Source: Eledone cirrhosa | Taxonomy: Eukaryota | Assembly (NCBI GenBank): GCA_964016885.1 | Contig: OZ024740.1 | Span: 114,204,001-114,268,000, forward strand | Direction of reading: 5' to 3' | DNA: 64,000 nucleotides | Shown: piece by piece, positions 38,266-51,545 of the stretch | Layout of the letters: each line of letters begins with the position of its first letter | How positions within the stretch are numbered: position 1 is the first letter of the stretch | Position numbers and translations under genes: made by a program | Notes under the pieces: model-generated | Databases searched by the model: none | What the model was told of the DNA's origin: nothing | What the model saw: the letters and a program-made list of their open reading frames with translations, nothing else

Positions 38266-39841
38266 TCGCACCAATTTGGTGTAATAAATAGTAGTATATC
38301 AGACTTTGTTAATATAAAGCTGTTAATGTTACATAGTAATCTCTCTTGTATACATTATTATTTTGTTATAAAACTGTTAATATTACATGGTAAACGGTTC
38401 CATACACTAACTATTATATTAATGAGACTATAAATATTAAAGGATAAACGTCGTTGTAGCCAAGACTACTTTGATAAAAGGCTGCTAATGTTACGCAACA
38501 AACTACTCCGTATATCAACATGTTAATATAAATGTCCTAATGGTATGCAGTCAATTATGTTATATTACAATTTCATTATTATCAATACTGGTTCTTTACA
38601 AAGGGCTCAAGGTGAGACATTCTGAACTCAAAACGTGTAAAGAAACCGAACAAAAACGACTGGAAGTTAATTTGTCCGAAGACGTAGTGAGTCTGTCAGG
38701 AATATCAGTTGTTCAACACTAACGTTTCCTGCTGTTGGACCTCGAAACTACTTTTTAAAAAAAAGAAACCACTCCCACGTAAGATAACCGTGGAATTAAC
38801 GTGTCTGTCACTCAGCATTCCACAATATATCTTACTATATTTCTAAAAATCAATCAGTATGAAACAGTGGGTAACAAGAATGGTCCTTTAGATTACAGGC
38901 AGAAACAAGCTTTTCCAGACGAAGGGACAGGACCAATGTGAAATAAAGCTTCTTGTTCAAAAACACAACACACCACCATTAGTCAAACTCATAGCCTTAC
39001 GGTTATGAGCTGAGCCACGCCTCTTAAGAGAACGGATGAAAACATATTTTCTTGTATTTTCCCAGACGATTCAACGATGTAAACAAAATTTTCGCAATCT
39101 CTCTGTAACGTATGGTGTTATGTGCTGCTAGATTGTGGTGACAGAGTTCAGTGGTGGACTAAGATGGTTAACTGCAGCTGATAGTACAAGTATTAGATGA
39201 ATAAACAATACTTTTATGAATGTATCGGTAACTCTTCAAAAAGTATGTGGTGTGTGCGATATTAGATCCAATGCTCCGTTATTTGAGTTCAAGTTCCACA
39301 GTGGTCCACTTTTTGGGAGTCGAAAAATTAAATATCATGCTAGTGCTAGTGCAGGATCATCTTTTTCTCTCTTTTTTTTTCTGAATTTTCTATTGTATGA
39401 AGTGTGGAACGACGTAGAGGATGTCGATATCTGCTGTCGAATAAATGGATGCATAAAATGCTTCCCAAATGCACGGTAGATGATACCACGTCTTACACGA
39501 TTGCGGAAAACAGCAGTGTTTATTGTTATAACAAGGAATTACATAATTATTAATTATTGGAGATATTTTTGTTTTGTTCCACTGACGTACGTTATACACA
39601 TTATTTTTCTCTTGTTTTACTCATATATTAATTCAAGTACCGTACATTACTTATCGATATAACATATCCTATGTACGAGCAAGATATTTTCTATGTCATA
39701 TGAATAAATGTTTCCATAAGCTAATTCTGTTTCTTTCCTTTTCATTTAAATACGTTCTCATTCACACCGTAAGTTCTATTCATTCTCTGCTTCTTGCTTT
39801 TTCCCTTAAATAAATTCTCGCATACACAATCCAAGATATAT

Positions 39842-39916
<75 letters not shown>

Positions 39917-40679
39917 CCTCTCATTCTCTCTCTCATTCTGCCCCCCTCTTTCCTTTTCTCTCCCACATATTTTCGCGTTCTGTTAAAGCTCTTCAATCTC
40001 AACGGGACCTCTTGCAAGGGAACGCCTGACTATCTAGGCGTGAAGTCATACACACGTCTTTAATAGTTACCATGCGCTGCTATAAATAGCTTGCACACGC
40101 GTGTTGTAAATACATCAATGCATACATACACAGCGTTACACACGCATACATACATACATACATACATACATACATACATACATACATACATACATACATG
40201 TATAAATACATTCTTTCATTCATACATACATACATGTATACATGGTGGCTGCCAACTCGGTTTCGAGTACGTCGACTACTTTATATCCATGTAGGAGAAC
40301 CCCTACCGATGCGGTGAACGAGTGTGACTTTTTAGTCCAGCCAGCGACTTGAAAACTCTGATACAAACACTACACTTGTGACAATTATTGACACATAGTG
40401 CTTGGCCCATGGTACCTTGTGACGACAAGTGCAGATAGATCTCCAGATATAAAGCAATGCCTGTGCCGTGAAGCTTTTATAGTGAGAAAAGGCACTGCAC
40501 AAATCCAGTCCCACTCTCTTAACCAAGATGATATTTACCAAAAAGAAGAACAAGTCAACATCATTGGATACCATCAGAGTTGCAGGTGTTATATCAGAGT
40601 TTTCCTTCTCCTAGAATTCTGCCTTGACAAAGGCTAAGGGGTTATCTCTCCCGGTGATTTTGGATGGCCATTGACTCTT

Positions 40680-40850
40680 AAGAGCTCCTTTTCCTTTTGA
40701 CAGGTTTTGTTTTTAGTCCTGCAGGATGTCCAAAGTCACCCTCCTCACCAAGAAACCTTGGTGGGGTTGCCAGTTTAGTCGCCAACGACCCGACCATGTA
40801 GACAGGTTGTACTGGGATACATGTTACCAGTAGAACCAAGTGATGACCTG
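40680..40850 (-). mobile_element. Dispersed repeat, possibly an RTE 5' end or SINE; related copy at 28790-28893
   Basis: Shared GGTTTTGTTTT..CACCCTC..GTGGGGTTGCC..CCCGACCATG. Confidence 0.5.
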
Positions 40851-40907
40851 ACATACATATATACATACCTACCTAACTACCTAACTACATAAAGCATGCA
40901 TACATAC

Positions 40908-41030
40908 TCTACCTAGTTGATGTTGTGTAACTTCCAATGAGAGAGTCTTCTGTCTATATTAGAAACCGACTCTCTCTCTATTGGTAAAAAAAAAAAATTT
41001 GTGAAATTATAAAACCAGCAGAACATACAT
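40908..41030 (+). mobile_element. Solo 3' end of the R4-like family at 26950-28676
   Basis: Near-identical to 28568-28680 and again followed by (CATA)n. Confidence 0.85.
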
Positions 41031-41310
41031 ACAAACATATATATGTAAAGTTAGATAAATTTAGATATACCCATATACTTATATAATAGATTGAAAATGA
41101 ATATACCAAGAGAAGAGAGTTTGAATTGTGCACAACTATTTGTAGATTCTTAATTACACATAGCCACAAACACAGTGGTATGCACACACGTTTTCAAACA
41201 CACACATACATACACACACACACAAACATCAACATGTGTATATATATATATATATTATATATGAATGTATTTATATATATGATTATATATATGAATGTAT
41301 ATATATATAT

Positions 41311-42239
41311 ATATTAAGTGTAATGAATTCTTTTACAATGAAATTAGCTCAAAGAAAGAAATATTTCTGAGCCGTGTATAAACTAATATATATGATGAAA
41401 CACAAATACCAACATATCTGTATTTATATTGCAAAAGAAAATTTAGCCAGAATGAAGTATACTAATTATAATATTACAGTTTCTCCATATCGATTTAAAA
41501 TAATAAATCAACAAAGACGAACTGTATTGCCATATTTGGATTTTAAAGTTTAAACTTATCTACGGAACAGGTTTGATTTTGAAATTTAAATGTGTCTAAA
41601 CATCATGGCCATTTGGCAATACAGTTCGTCTTTGTTGATTTATTATTTTAAATCGATACGGACAAACTGTAATATTATAATTAGTATACTTCATTCTGGC
41701 TAAATTTTCTTTTGCAATATAAATACAGATACGTTGGTATTTGTGTTTCATCATATATATTAATTTATACACGTCTCAGAAATATTTCTTTCTTTGAGCT
41801 AATTTCATTGTAAAAGAATTCATTACACTTAATATTATTGGTCCTTAGGTCGAGCTGAACGTAGCCTCATATATACGGCTGTTATTTCTAGCAGTACGGT
41901 TATGAGGCTAGCTAGAAACTGTGAACCATGTGCGTTACACAGTCTTTTAAATTATTTAGAAGTGAAGCATATCAATTTGTCCCTGGATGTTTACTGAAGA
42001 GAGCAGGACATGATATTCCTTACACTTTTTCATCTCGAAACATATTTGGATTTTAAAGTTTAAACTTATCTACGGAACAGGTTTGATTTTGAAATTTAAA
42101 TATGTCTAAACATCATGGCCATTTGGCAATACATTTCGTCTTTGTTGATTTATTATTTTAAATCGATATGGACAAACTGTAATATTATAATTAGTATACT
42201 TCATTCTGGCTAAATTTTCTTTTGCAATATAAATACAGC

Positions 42240-42243
<4 letters not shown>
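41311..42243 (+). mobile_element. Retrozyme-like element: 510-bp period direct repeat plus inverted 5' copy
   Basis: Direct repeats 41531-41728 and 42041-42238; inverted arms 41311-41532 and 41614-41834; no ORF; TA flanks. Confidence 0.85.
41986..42114 (+). ncRNA. Complete type-I hammerhead with 8-bp stem I and long stem III, GUC site 42104-42106
   Basis: GATGTTTA-CTGAAGA-GAG...CTC-GAAAC ATATTTGGATTTTAAAG...TTTTGAAATTTAAATAT GTC-TAAACATC. Confidence 0.8.
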
Positions 42244-42314
<71 letters not shown>

Positions 42315-42727
42315 ATTAAAATAACAGGTGGCTGCTCTAGGGATATGTACTTCAGAGATGGCCTGCCGCAACAATAATACCTATTTTGCGGGCCAATCCT
42401 CTATTTGTGTTTGCCGTAATTCCTTTCATTGATTAAAAAATTATGCAATCCGAACCTGTTGATGTCGCCTGAATGTTACGAAACCAGACAATTGAAATAT
42501 ATATAGTAATTTTTACATGGAAACTTTGAAAGCATATCCACAATCCGGCCTCCTGTTGTTTCAATCAAAATAATATTTAACCCCGTTCCTGCAACAGCCA
42601 TGGGATTCAACATCAATGATGGATGAGTTTCACACGTAGAATGACTTACCTACATTTCCATCACGGTAAACTAAATGTCATAACGAATTCTATCCATTTC
42701 TGTAATACAAAACATAAATGAAATGAA

Positions 42728-42823
<96 letters not shown>

Positions 42824-42967
42824 TGTATATTTGTTTTGCGAGGTTTTTGATACGAAATCGTGTGTCGAAACAAATATTGTTATACTTGGGGAATGTTTTC
42901 TGTTATTAATTCTGGCAATATTATTACAACAATATGACCCTCCCCAAGTATAACAATATATATATAT

Positions 42968-44010
42968 AGGAAAAAGTATGACCCCGACGGCAGAGCTCAA
43001 GCCGTTTGGACGGCTATTTCTGGACTAAATTAGAATTCTTAGCCTGGTGAATAAATAGCCGAACTTGTCAAGGGGGTACTTCCTTATATGGGAAGATTGT
43101 AGTTGTCAAGAGGATTGGTTAAAATGTGTTATAAACAGAAATAAGTTTATCATGGGTGGGAGGTAGGGGTGGCTGAACTTGCCTGTAGAACAATAGGGGA
43201 GTGAGTGGAGCGTTGAAAGTGATATGTATACAGCAGAATCTAAGGATAGCTTATGGAGTGGAGGAGGGAGATTATAGGATAGGTAAATCGAATGAGAGTA
43301 TGAGACAACAGAAGATACCAGAAAGAAATAGAAAAATATATAAAATTAGATAGTGAGAAATGAATAAAAAAAATCACAATGCTATCTTACAATTACAGAT
43401 TAATAAGTTGAGAATAGAAAAAACTTGTAGAAATTACAAAACTGATACAAAATTAAAGGGGTTTAACACATCTGCTATAAGTAGTTAGTAAAACGTATTC
43501 GGCCAATTCTATCTTAAAATTACGGGGGTGGGGTAACTGATGCTACAAGGCCCGATGGGCTGCATCGGGTAGGCCAAAGGGGAAAAGCAGACGAGGAAGA
43601 AAATAGGGGGTGGAAGGAAGTGAGAGGATGAGACAGGGTGAAGAAGAAGACAAAGAGGAAAAGAAAAGAGATACATCTACCTATGTAAGCTGGGGTTCCC
43701 CTAACTTATTCGGCAAGTGTGTGTATGGGGGGGTATCAGCCCTTGTCTACCCACCCGGGTCGTTATAGGGTTTTAGGGCGAGGTAAGTCCTACGCAATCT
43801 GTGTTTGCATGCGGTTACCAGTTCGTCTTTCTTGGTTAGACAAAGCGATGCTTTATGTCCTTGGGCCAGATACTTTATTTCACGCTGCTCCTTCTAACTG
43901 GAGTTGCGAGCGATATATAGTATTAGCATTTGGAATGATTAGGAATTGGAAAGAACAATGGAAACATTGTTTCCTCTGTCCAATTTGACGAAAGTCGATC
44001 GTTTGTCGAT
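42968..44010 (-). mobile_element. Decayed PLE 3' end (family A parent): endonuclease tail, 3' UTR and terminal hammerhead
   Basis: Minus-strand ELVTACKHRLRRTY tail near 43840-43785; hammerhead at 42981-43077; TA flanks. Confidence 0.7.
42981..43077 (-). ncRNA. Type-I hammerhead, U3-A8 variant (UUGACAA), G12 mutated in this copy
   Basis: ACCCCC-TTGACAA-GTTCGGCTATTT...AAATAGCCGTC-CAAAC GGC ttgagctct GCC GTC-GGGGT. GAAAC is intact in the 3908 copy. Confidence 0.7.
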
Positions 44011-45029
44011 ATATATATACACATATATATATATATATATAAGCAAAATATAATGATAATGTTGATATTATAGGGAGAATGAAGTTTAGTGGCGATGGTA
44101 TTGGTTTGGTGCTAGTTGATGGCCTTGATGATGATGATCTTTTTGTTAGTGATGATGCTGTTAAGAATGATGCTGCTGGTTGTTATGATGGTAATAAGCT
44201 GGCGGTGGAAGTTGTGATGGTGATACTGAAAATGTTGGTAGTAATTTTAATGTTATTAATGCTCCTGATTTTGATGATGCTGAAAATAATGGTGGTGCTG
44301 GTAATTGTGATGGTGATGACGATGACGTTGGTGAAGGTGTTGATATTGATGGTGAATCTACGGGAGGTGATGATATGAAAGTTATTCACTACATTATCTG
44401 ATTAACATTATTGTGTGTGTGGTTTTTACGAGGTATGAGCAATATAAGAGTAAATGCAAGTAATTGAGTTATTTTTCAATAACTTAACACATGCAGACAC
44501 ACGCACATACACATTGACACATACACATATACAGAGATTCACAAACGCAAACAATCTGACTTGGTGAAAACATCTTAATCATATGGTGATAAAGAATCTT
44601 TTGCATGTTTCTTAAATAGTAACAAAAATAATAATAAGGATGATTTCTACTATAGGCGCAAGGTCAGCAATTTGAAAGGGGGGGGGGGGGGAAAGTCGAT
44701 TAAATCGATCCCAGTTCATTACTGGTGCTTTATTTTATCGACTCCGTAAGGATAAAAGACAAAGCAAACCTTGGTGGAATTTTAAATCAGAACGTAAACA
44801 GAAGAGGAAGAAGACTGGTGTGATGCGAAGACCGTATTAGAACAGATAGAAGTAACTTGGCATGATACATAAAAAGTTCCACAGAACCGTTGTTGCTGGA
44901 AGTAAGAAGGGCAGGGCTGTGCAAAATAGAAAACGTAAAAGCCTGTAACTCGATGCCGCAAAGCATGTTGTCCAACGCCCTACCGATTAATAATACAGTA
45001 ATTAGGGAACTAAAATAATAACAAGCCTA

Positions 45030-47045
45030 CAGATATAGAAGAGAAAATCAGGAAACTGTGTGCCGTCATGAAAACGGAGCTTAATTCGAGAAATAAATTA
45101 TCCGCTATAAATGTGCTTGCAATCCCCGTTGTCACCTACAATTTCAATATTATAAATTGGAACGTTAACGAAATTAAGAGAATGGACACCAAAATCAGGA
45201 AACTGCTGACCTCTAATAAGGTACATCATCCAAAAGCAGATGTGAATCGCCTCTAACTCCTTAGACAAAATGGGAGTAGAGGAATGATCCAGCTAGAGCG
45301 TTCACACAGGATTATTGGGTCCAATCAGTATTTTAAAAACACAGATGACTGGATTATAAAAATGGTCGCAGTTCACGAAAGGAGGAAGATATTACATTCA
45401 GTCACAAAGAAGAGTAGGAAGTATGCAGAAGAACTGGGAATACAATTTGAAAATACACGTGGTGAATCTGAAATTAAAGCCACAAAGAATATGGAGACTG
45501 TGCACTAGATTCAATGATTGGCTGCAACAAATCAACAACTTATTATTCATGGATGACTTCAAGCTTTATGTAAGAATGACTCCTAGCTTTGCTCCCTCAT
45601 TGTATACGGTGTATAAATTTAGTGATGACGTCAGAATGGAGTTTGGATTTTAAAAAGTGTGGTGTGTTAATCCTTCACTGAAGCAAAATCAAAAGCATTG
45701 AGGGGTTAATGCTTCCACCAAGAAAGGTTATGTAGTAAATAGAAGAGGAACATTACAAGTACTTAGGGATATTTGAATTTGATAAGATAATGCAAGAGGA
45801 AATGAAAGAAGAATTTATGGTGGAATACATGCTCAGACTGAGACTTATTCGGAGGTCGAAATTGAATAGACAAAATAAGATGGAAGCTATCAATGCATGG
45901 GTGGTACCACTCCTTAGATATGGAGCGGTGGGTGATCACATGGACAGTGGAAGAGCTAAACAATTTCGACCGAAAGACAAGAAAGATATTGACTAAATAT
46001 GGACTATGTCACCCAAAGAACGACACAGGCATGTTATATGTACCAAGGAAAAGAAGAGGAAGAAGACTGATGTAATGCGAAACAGTATTAGAACTGAAAG
46101 AAGTAACTTGGCGTGGTACATAAAAAGTTCCACAGAACCGTTGTTGCTGGAAATAAGAAGGGCAGGGTTGTGCAAAATAGAAAATTACAAAGATGAAACA
46201 CAGTACAAGCATTTAAAAATAGATGAAGCTGAAAGTAGGTGGACAGAAAAAATAATGTATGGACAATTCAATAGGGATGTTGAATATAGGACAGACAGGG
46301 TATATAGGTGCTTATATGTGGCTAAAAGTGGAAACAGAAGGCTGAATCTGCGCTGCTCAAAACCAAGCACATATAACTAACTACATCAAGTATAGATTAG
46401 TTCACACAGGAAAAAGTGAATTTATGACATGAATGGAGGAACTGTACGGCATATTATCAGTCAATGCACGCCACTTACTCAGAAAGAATATAAGAGAGGT
46501 CACGACAATATAGCAAGTAAAGACCATAGGGAAATATGTGGCAATTATGCACTTGACAGATGCACTTGACAGAAAAGTGGTACGAACATAATCCTGAGGG
46601 CGTTACGGAAAATGATGTTGCCAAGTTTCTGTAGTATTTTGTGATATAGTGTGACCATGTGATTGAGCGTAGAATACCAGATATTGTAACAGTTGTGAAA
46701 AAGAGCAAACGATGTCCAGCTGATAATAATATAAGCGGTAAGAAAGAAAAGGAAATTGATAGATATGACAGGTTAGCCTTGGAGGCTAAGCAGTTGTGGT
46801 CAGAGCAAAGGTGGTTGTAATACCAATAATAGTTGGAGTCTTACAGTGAGTAAAGATCTTGAGAAGTACATTAAACAAATAGGTATTGCAATAGGGATGG
46901 TATACATAAAAAAAAACATTACATGGAACAACTGGAATACTCCGGAGGGTACTCGAAAAAAAAAGGAATGTTACCTCATTTCACTGGTAGTGAACAGCTA
47001 ACACTGTAATACAACTCAAGCGTCAGAAGCTGAGCGAAGAAACAA
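45030..47045 (+). pseudogene. Two adjacent decayed R4/Dong-like LINE fragments
   Basis: ELNSRNKLSAINVLAIPV..HHPKADVNRL; NNLLFMDDFKLY..MEFG; KLNRQNKMEAINAWVVP; LYVPRKRRGRRL; KWYEH..RIPDIV; TAA-rich flanks. Confidence 0.88.
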
Positions 47046-47164
47046 TAATACGAAAAGATAATAATAAATAATAAATACATCTGTTATGATTACATTTTAA
47101 TATTTTTTTACATTATTTTTTAATTGTAATTTCTATTTATTGATTTTTGATGATTTCTAGGATC

Positions 47165-47675
47165 CCAAATTCAAGTGGCCGAAATGGGATTCCGCTGAAG
47201 GGTCTTTGGAGTAACGTTACTCGATAAAGTGCGTAGCTCGGAGATCAGAGACTCACACCAGATAGAAACGCTATTTCTCCGAGTTGAGAGATCACAGCTC
47301 CGATATTTTGGGCATGTAATAATGTCTCAGGAAAGATTCGCTGGACAGATTTTACAGGCAAAACCACCCGACAGGAGACCCAGGGGTAGGCCCCGTGCAA
47401 GATAGTTGGATAACATCTATAAGCTTGACTGGTTTCGTTTGGGGATCAAGCCAGATTATTTGGAGACGGTTGCTTTTGACCGGACCCGCTGGATGGAGTG
47501 TGTGAGGATTCTGCTCCCACGATACTCTCAGGAAGAAGAAGAAGAAGAAGAAGAAGAAGAAGAAGAAGAAGAAGAAGAAGAAGAAGAAGAAGAAGAAGAA
47601 GAAGAAGAAGAAGAAGAAGAAGAAGAAGAAGAAGAAGAAGAAGAAGAAGAAGAAGAAGAAGAAGAAGAAGAAGAC
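47165..47675 (+). mobile_element. RTE-type LINE 3' end followed by a long (GAA)n tail
   Basis: Decayed ERSQLRYFGHV..RRPRGRPR..W motifs; pure (GAA)n at 47532-47674. Confidence 0.75.
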
Positions 47676-48710
47676 TTCTAACTTAAGCTCAAGTCAACCT
47701 AGGTGTAAGGAACTGATTATAGTTGATTCAATCACCGCCAATATATTATTTATTCTATCACACCTGGGGAGATGAAAGGTACTGTAAACGCCTGTGCTAC
47801 AAAAATACATAACAATTGGCGTAATTATGTATTGACAGATATATGGTATGGCCACCCATGTCTGGTAGTGGATTTAATCCCGCTAGATAATCACTACAGT
47901 TTCTGTCACAGAATCACGTTCTATATATGTAGAATTATGGCAAATTGGCAGTCGTTTCAGTTCTTTATTTTATTTGTTCTGATTTTCTACTCTATAAGTT
48001 CGATCATGCCACATGTAACTTAAACAATTTGTGACTTTCTTGAACTGAGACTAATATTATTGAGGCAGATCAAAACTGATGCATTTTCAGAGGGAGCCGG
48101 CGAATACTACGGCAAAAACCTAGGTGTAAATCGTAATATAAACCCCTATGTAATAGTTCTCGTGGCATTTCATCGAGCTTTTTAATATCCTGGCAATCTG
48201 GAAATCTTTGTTCAAAGTGTATGATTTGTCCTTCATTAAGACATTTTATGAGATATGCTGGCATTGTATCATTTCTATTAGTATTTCATAATCGTTTCTA
48301 TTTATGCAGAGGTCAGCATTTTTATTTCTCATTTGGTGGAAGAATCAATATAATTTGACCACAGTACTCGACTGGCACTTTATTCTATTAATCTCACAAG
48401 GGGTAAAGTCGAAGTTGACGTCGGCGATATTTGAAGTATGTAAACAATCGTAACGAAATAATGCAAGGCACTTTGTCCGATGTTCCATTGATTCTCTCAA
48501 TTCATAATGCAAAACATGATTTCCAGTATATGTGAAACACTCTACATTATGTTGTTATAATAGATTGTTCCTTCACAGCTTTCACATATTAAATTGAGTT
48601 CTGCATGTTTTGTACATCTCAACTCGTCAAGTGACGAAATAAAATACAATCCATTCTTTGAATCTGTTACACAATGTTGATTTGTTTTTCTTCCCTACCC
48701 ATTTCTGCAG

Positions 48711-48788
48711 GACTGCGGATCTTTTAAATAATCCTCAAACAGAAAAATATAATATATTTTACATCAAATTTATCTCAAAATGGATAAG
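48711..48788 (+). other. Candidate spliced exon (78 nt)
   Basis: Polypyrimidine tract plus CAG acceptor, AG/GTAAAG donor, one open frame (TADLLNNPQTEKYNIFYIKFISKWI); no recognised domain. Confidence 0.3.
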
Positions 48789-49930
48789 GTAAAGGGGAAA
48801 ATATATTCATGAAAAAACAAAAAATCCAATGTGCTTATGAAGTTTCAAAATAAATATAACTTTATGTACAACAATGTGATCTATATCCTTTCCTCTATTG
48901 AAGTTTCAGTTTGTTTTAAGAAAGATGTGTTATCAATATATAGTGTTCATATATACAATGAAAACATTTTAATTAAAAAGCTGTATTTAGTATTTTTAAG
49001 GTGTAAATATAGACATGTGGTATAAATATGAGACGAACAATTGGAAACACACAATTTTAAGTTAATACACATATGTTTATGATAAAGTAATATATACAAT
49101 TTGTATACGACTCATAAATGTTAGGGCCCCTTTAAATCATATTGCAATAGTTATATTTAAAGCTGTAATGTCAAAGACCGCCATAAAAATAAATAACTCC
49201 TAATCGATGTATCAATTGTATATGACGACAATACGTCTCTAAAAGAAAAACAGAAACTATTCATTTATGCATGAAATAGTATTCTCATAAAAATCTTGAC
49301 ATACAAACAGCACGAATAAATATAACCTGATAGGTTCAAAGTTGAAGTCCACGAAGTCAATGAAAATATGAACAGAACTTCTAACTACGATTATCATCTT
49401 TCTCACTCAAATAATATAGTACGTTGAGAAATTCTCTTGTTATTGTATCGGTATCAGTCGTACAATTACAGCCATGCTGTGACATCGCATTCAAGGGACT
49501 TACTCGAATATATCGACACAAAGTGCGCATTCCTTTCAAGTATGTTATTTATTTTCTCTATTTCTAATTATCAAACTGATAGGTTATGTTTCAGAGTCTT
49601 TAATTCTTTCAATAGTATTATCAACGATATTGTACCACATCACAACTTTGTGCATCTTCATCCAACATTAATTTAAATTGAAGAGGAAATGATGTATTTC
49701 GCGTTCCGGTACAAACAGACACAAAATTGTCGCTAGGAAACAAAGTTACGATTACTGATATGGTAACAAAATTATATTTCAACTGGGGAATTTACATGTA
49801 TTCGCATAATATTCTCAACATATTTATCAGAATTAAAATCTGTGAACCCAGCTATAATTTCAGTTTGATTTAAATACACATACACGCATATACACACACA
49901 AACACACACATTTAAATGTGAGTATATATA

Positions 49931-50850
49931 GGAAGGGCTTATGCCCGAAACGTCGTCCCCCACCAACACCCCACTCTCCAGAGCGTGAAATTAATAAACA
50001 TTCGTTGTACTGTCTCTCTGTTCTGTTCCTGTTCAAATTTTTCCATTATATATATATATATATATACATATACCTCTACTATTACACACCACATCCCCCC
50101 ACATGACCCCCCTCCCCACTCCACCTTTCACACCTACTCATCCTCTCCCCTGTCCACCGCACGTCCGCGCACACAGACACACAGTCCTCACCACACTGAC
50201 TTTCTCCACCTGTCATTCTCCTCTACTGCTATGTCTTCATCCTGCCTTGACCCTCTGACCACTTCCTGTTGCGCGCGCACCCCACATCTCCCCACATCCG
50301 ACCACCACAACCAACGGATTACACACAACCGGGCATCGTGCCAGCTATACACTCCATAACATGAAAAATATCCGGCCACCCTTCACACCCTCTACGGAAC
50401 TACCTTAGGAACTTACCCACGGACATACACTCAAAATTGTTTTTAGAACCATGCCACCTACATCCACAGCACGTATAAATACCAACACACACGTGCGTAC
50501 ACCCATATATACACACTCAGCCTCCGAACCCCACCTCTAACCCCCTCCCCATCCACATGCACACATACACCGACCTACACCCCACCCCACACACATTTTC
50601 CTGAAGATGGAACCTCGTTCTTTTTATTTGTACCACTTCCACCGTTTTTCCTCCCTTTCTCCCAACCCCCTTTTCTCTAAATGTCTCTCCACCACTCGCC
50701 CACACACCCTCGGAACTCTCTTCCCATCCACTTTTCTCCTGAAGAAGGGCTTATGCCCGAAACGTCGTTCCCCCACCCCCACTCTCAAGAGCGTGAAACT
50801 AATAAACCTTTGTTTGTACAGCCTCTCTGTTTTTGTTCCCGTTCCAATTT

Positions 50851-50860
<10 letters not shown>
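49931..50860 (+). mobile_element. PLE-derived element with about 120-bp direct repeats (812-bp period) and a minimal hammerhead core
   Basis: 49932-50050 matches 50744-50860; CTGAAGA AGGGC ttat GCCC GAAAC GTC at 50739-50766; internal NQRITHNRAS resembles a GIY-YIG remnant. Confidence 0.75.
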
Positions 50861-50891
<31 letters not shown>

Positions 50892-50975
50892 GCATGTGTG
50901 TACATGTGTTTGTGGGCGTGTTAGTGTATGTGTTCACATGTATGCTGTATGCATATACATATATATATATATGCA

Positions 50976-51007
<32 letters not shown>

Positions 51008-51183
51008 AGCATATGCATATATATATGAAGGGCGTTAGCCCCCCGGTGTTCACATAGCTACGGCTTCCAAAAATCGTATTTCTTTCGAAATACGAAATTT
51101 CTATGCATATTGTATAAAGCTATGCTGGAAGCGAAATCCTATTTCTTTTCTATTATAAGTTGAGCCAACGTATGCAGCTTCAT

Positions 51184-51235
51184 ATGCAAATGAGATTAAT
51201 CACCTTATTTACACAGAGGAGAAAACAATATATAT
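51184..51235 (+). promoter_or_regulatory. Candidate snRNA-type promoter cassette (octamer, PSE-like, TATA)
   Basis: ATGCAAAT at 51184-51191, TCACCTTATTTAC from 51200, TATATAT at 51229-51235, just upstream of the hammerhead. Confidence 0.45.
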
Positions 51236-51279
51236 TCTCGGCTGTTTTCAAGTTCAGCAGTCGCTGAGCAGTGTGAGGG

Positions 51280-51323
51280 ATCGTCCTGACGATGGCCAGT
51301 CAAGCCTGAAATGTATAGACGGT
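51280..51323 (+). ncRNA. Minimal type-I hammerhead, canonical core, AUA site
   Basis: ATCGTC-CTGACGA-TGGC cagtcaa GCCT-GAAA T GT ATA-GACGGT. Confidence 0.75.
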
Positions 51324-51473
51324 TGTCTCCCTTGCTTCTGCTGGACAACACCAGATGGTGTTAGCCTCTGTTGTTTGCATAGCTACGACTTCCTAAAATC
51401 GTATTTCTTTCGAAATACGAAATTTCTATACATATTTTATAAAGCTATGCTTGAAGCGAAATCGTATTTCTTT

Positions 51474-51544
<71 letters not shown>

Positions 51545-51545
<1 letters not shown>

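Larger units (their letters stand above)
51027..51476 (+). mobile_element. Small retrozyme-like element, 326-bp period
   Basis: Direct repeats 51031-51149 and 51357-51474; central hammerhead; TA flanks; no ORF. Confidence 0.8.

Noticed and set aside
42648-42697. Minus-strand segment with good ACAG/GTAAGT splice signals
   Set aside because: Stop codons in all three frames; could only be a non-coding exon, which is unsupported here.
44079-44389. Hydrophobic Val/Met/Ile-rich ORFs suggesting a membrane protein
   Set aside because: Degenerate (GAT/GGT)n low-complexity repeat.
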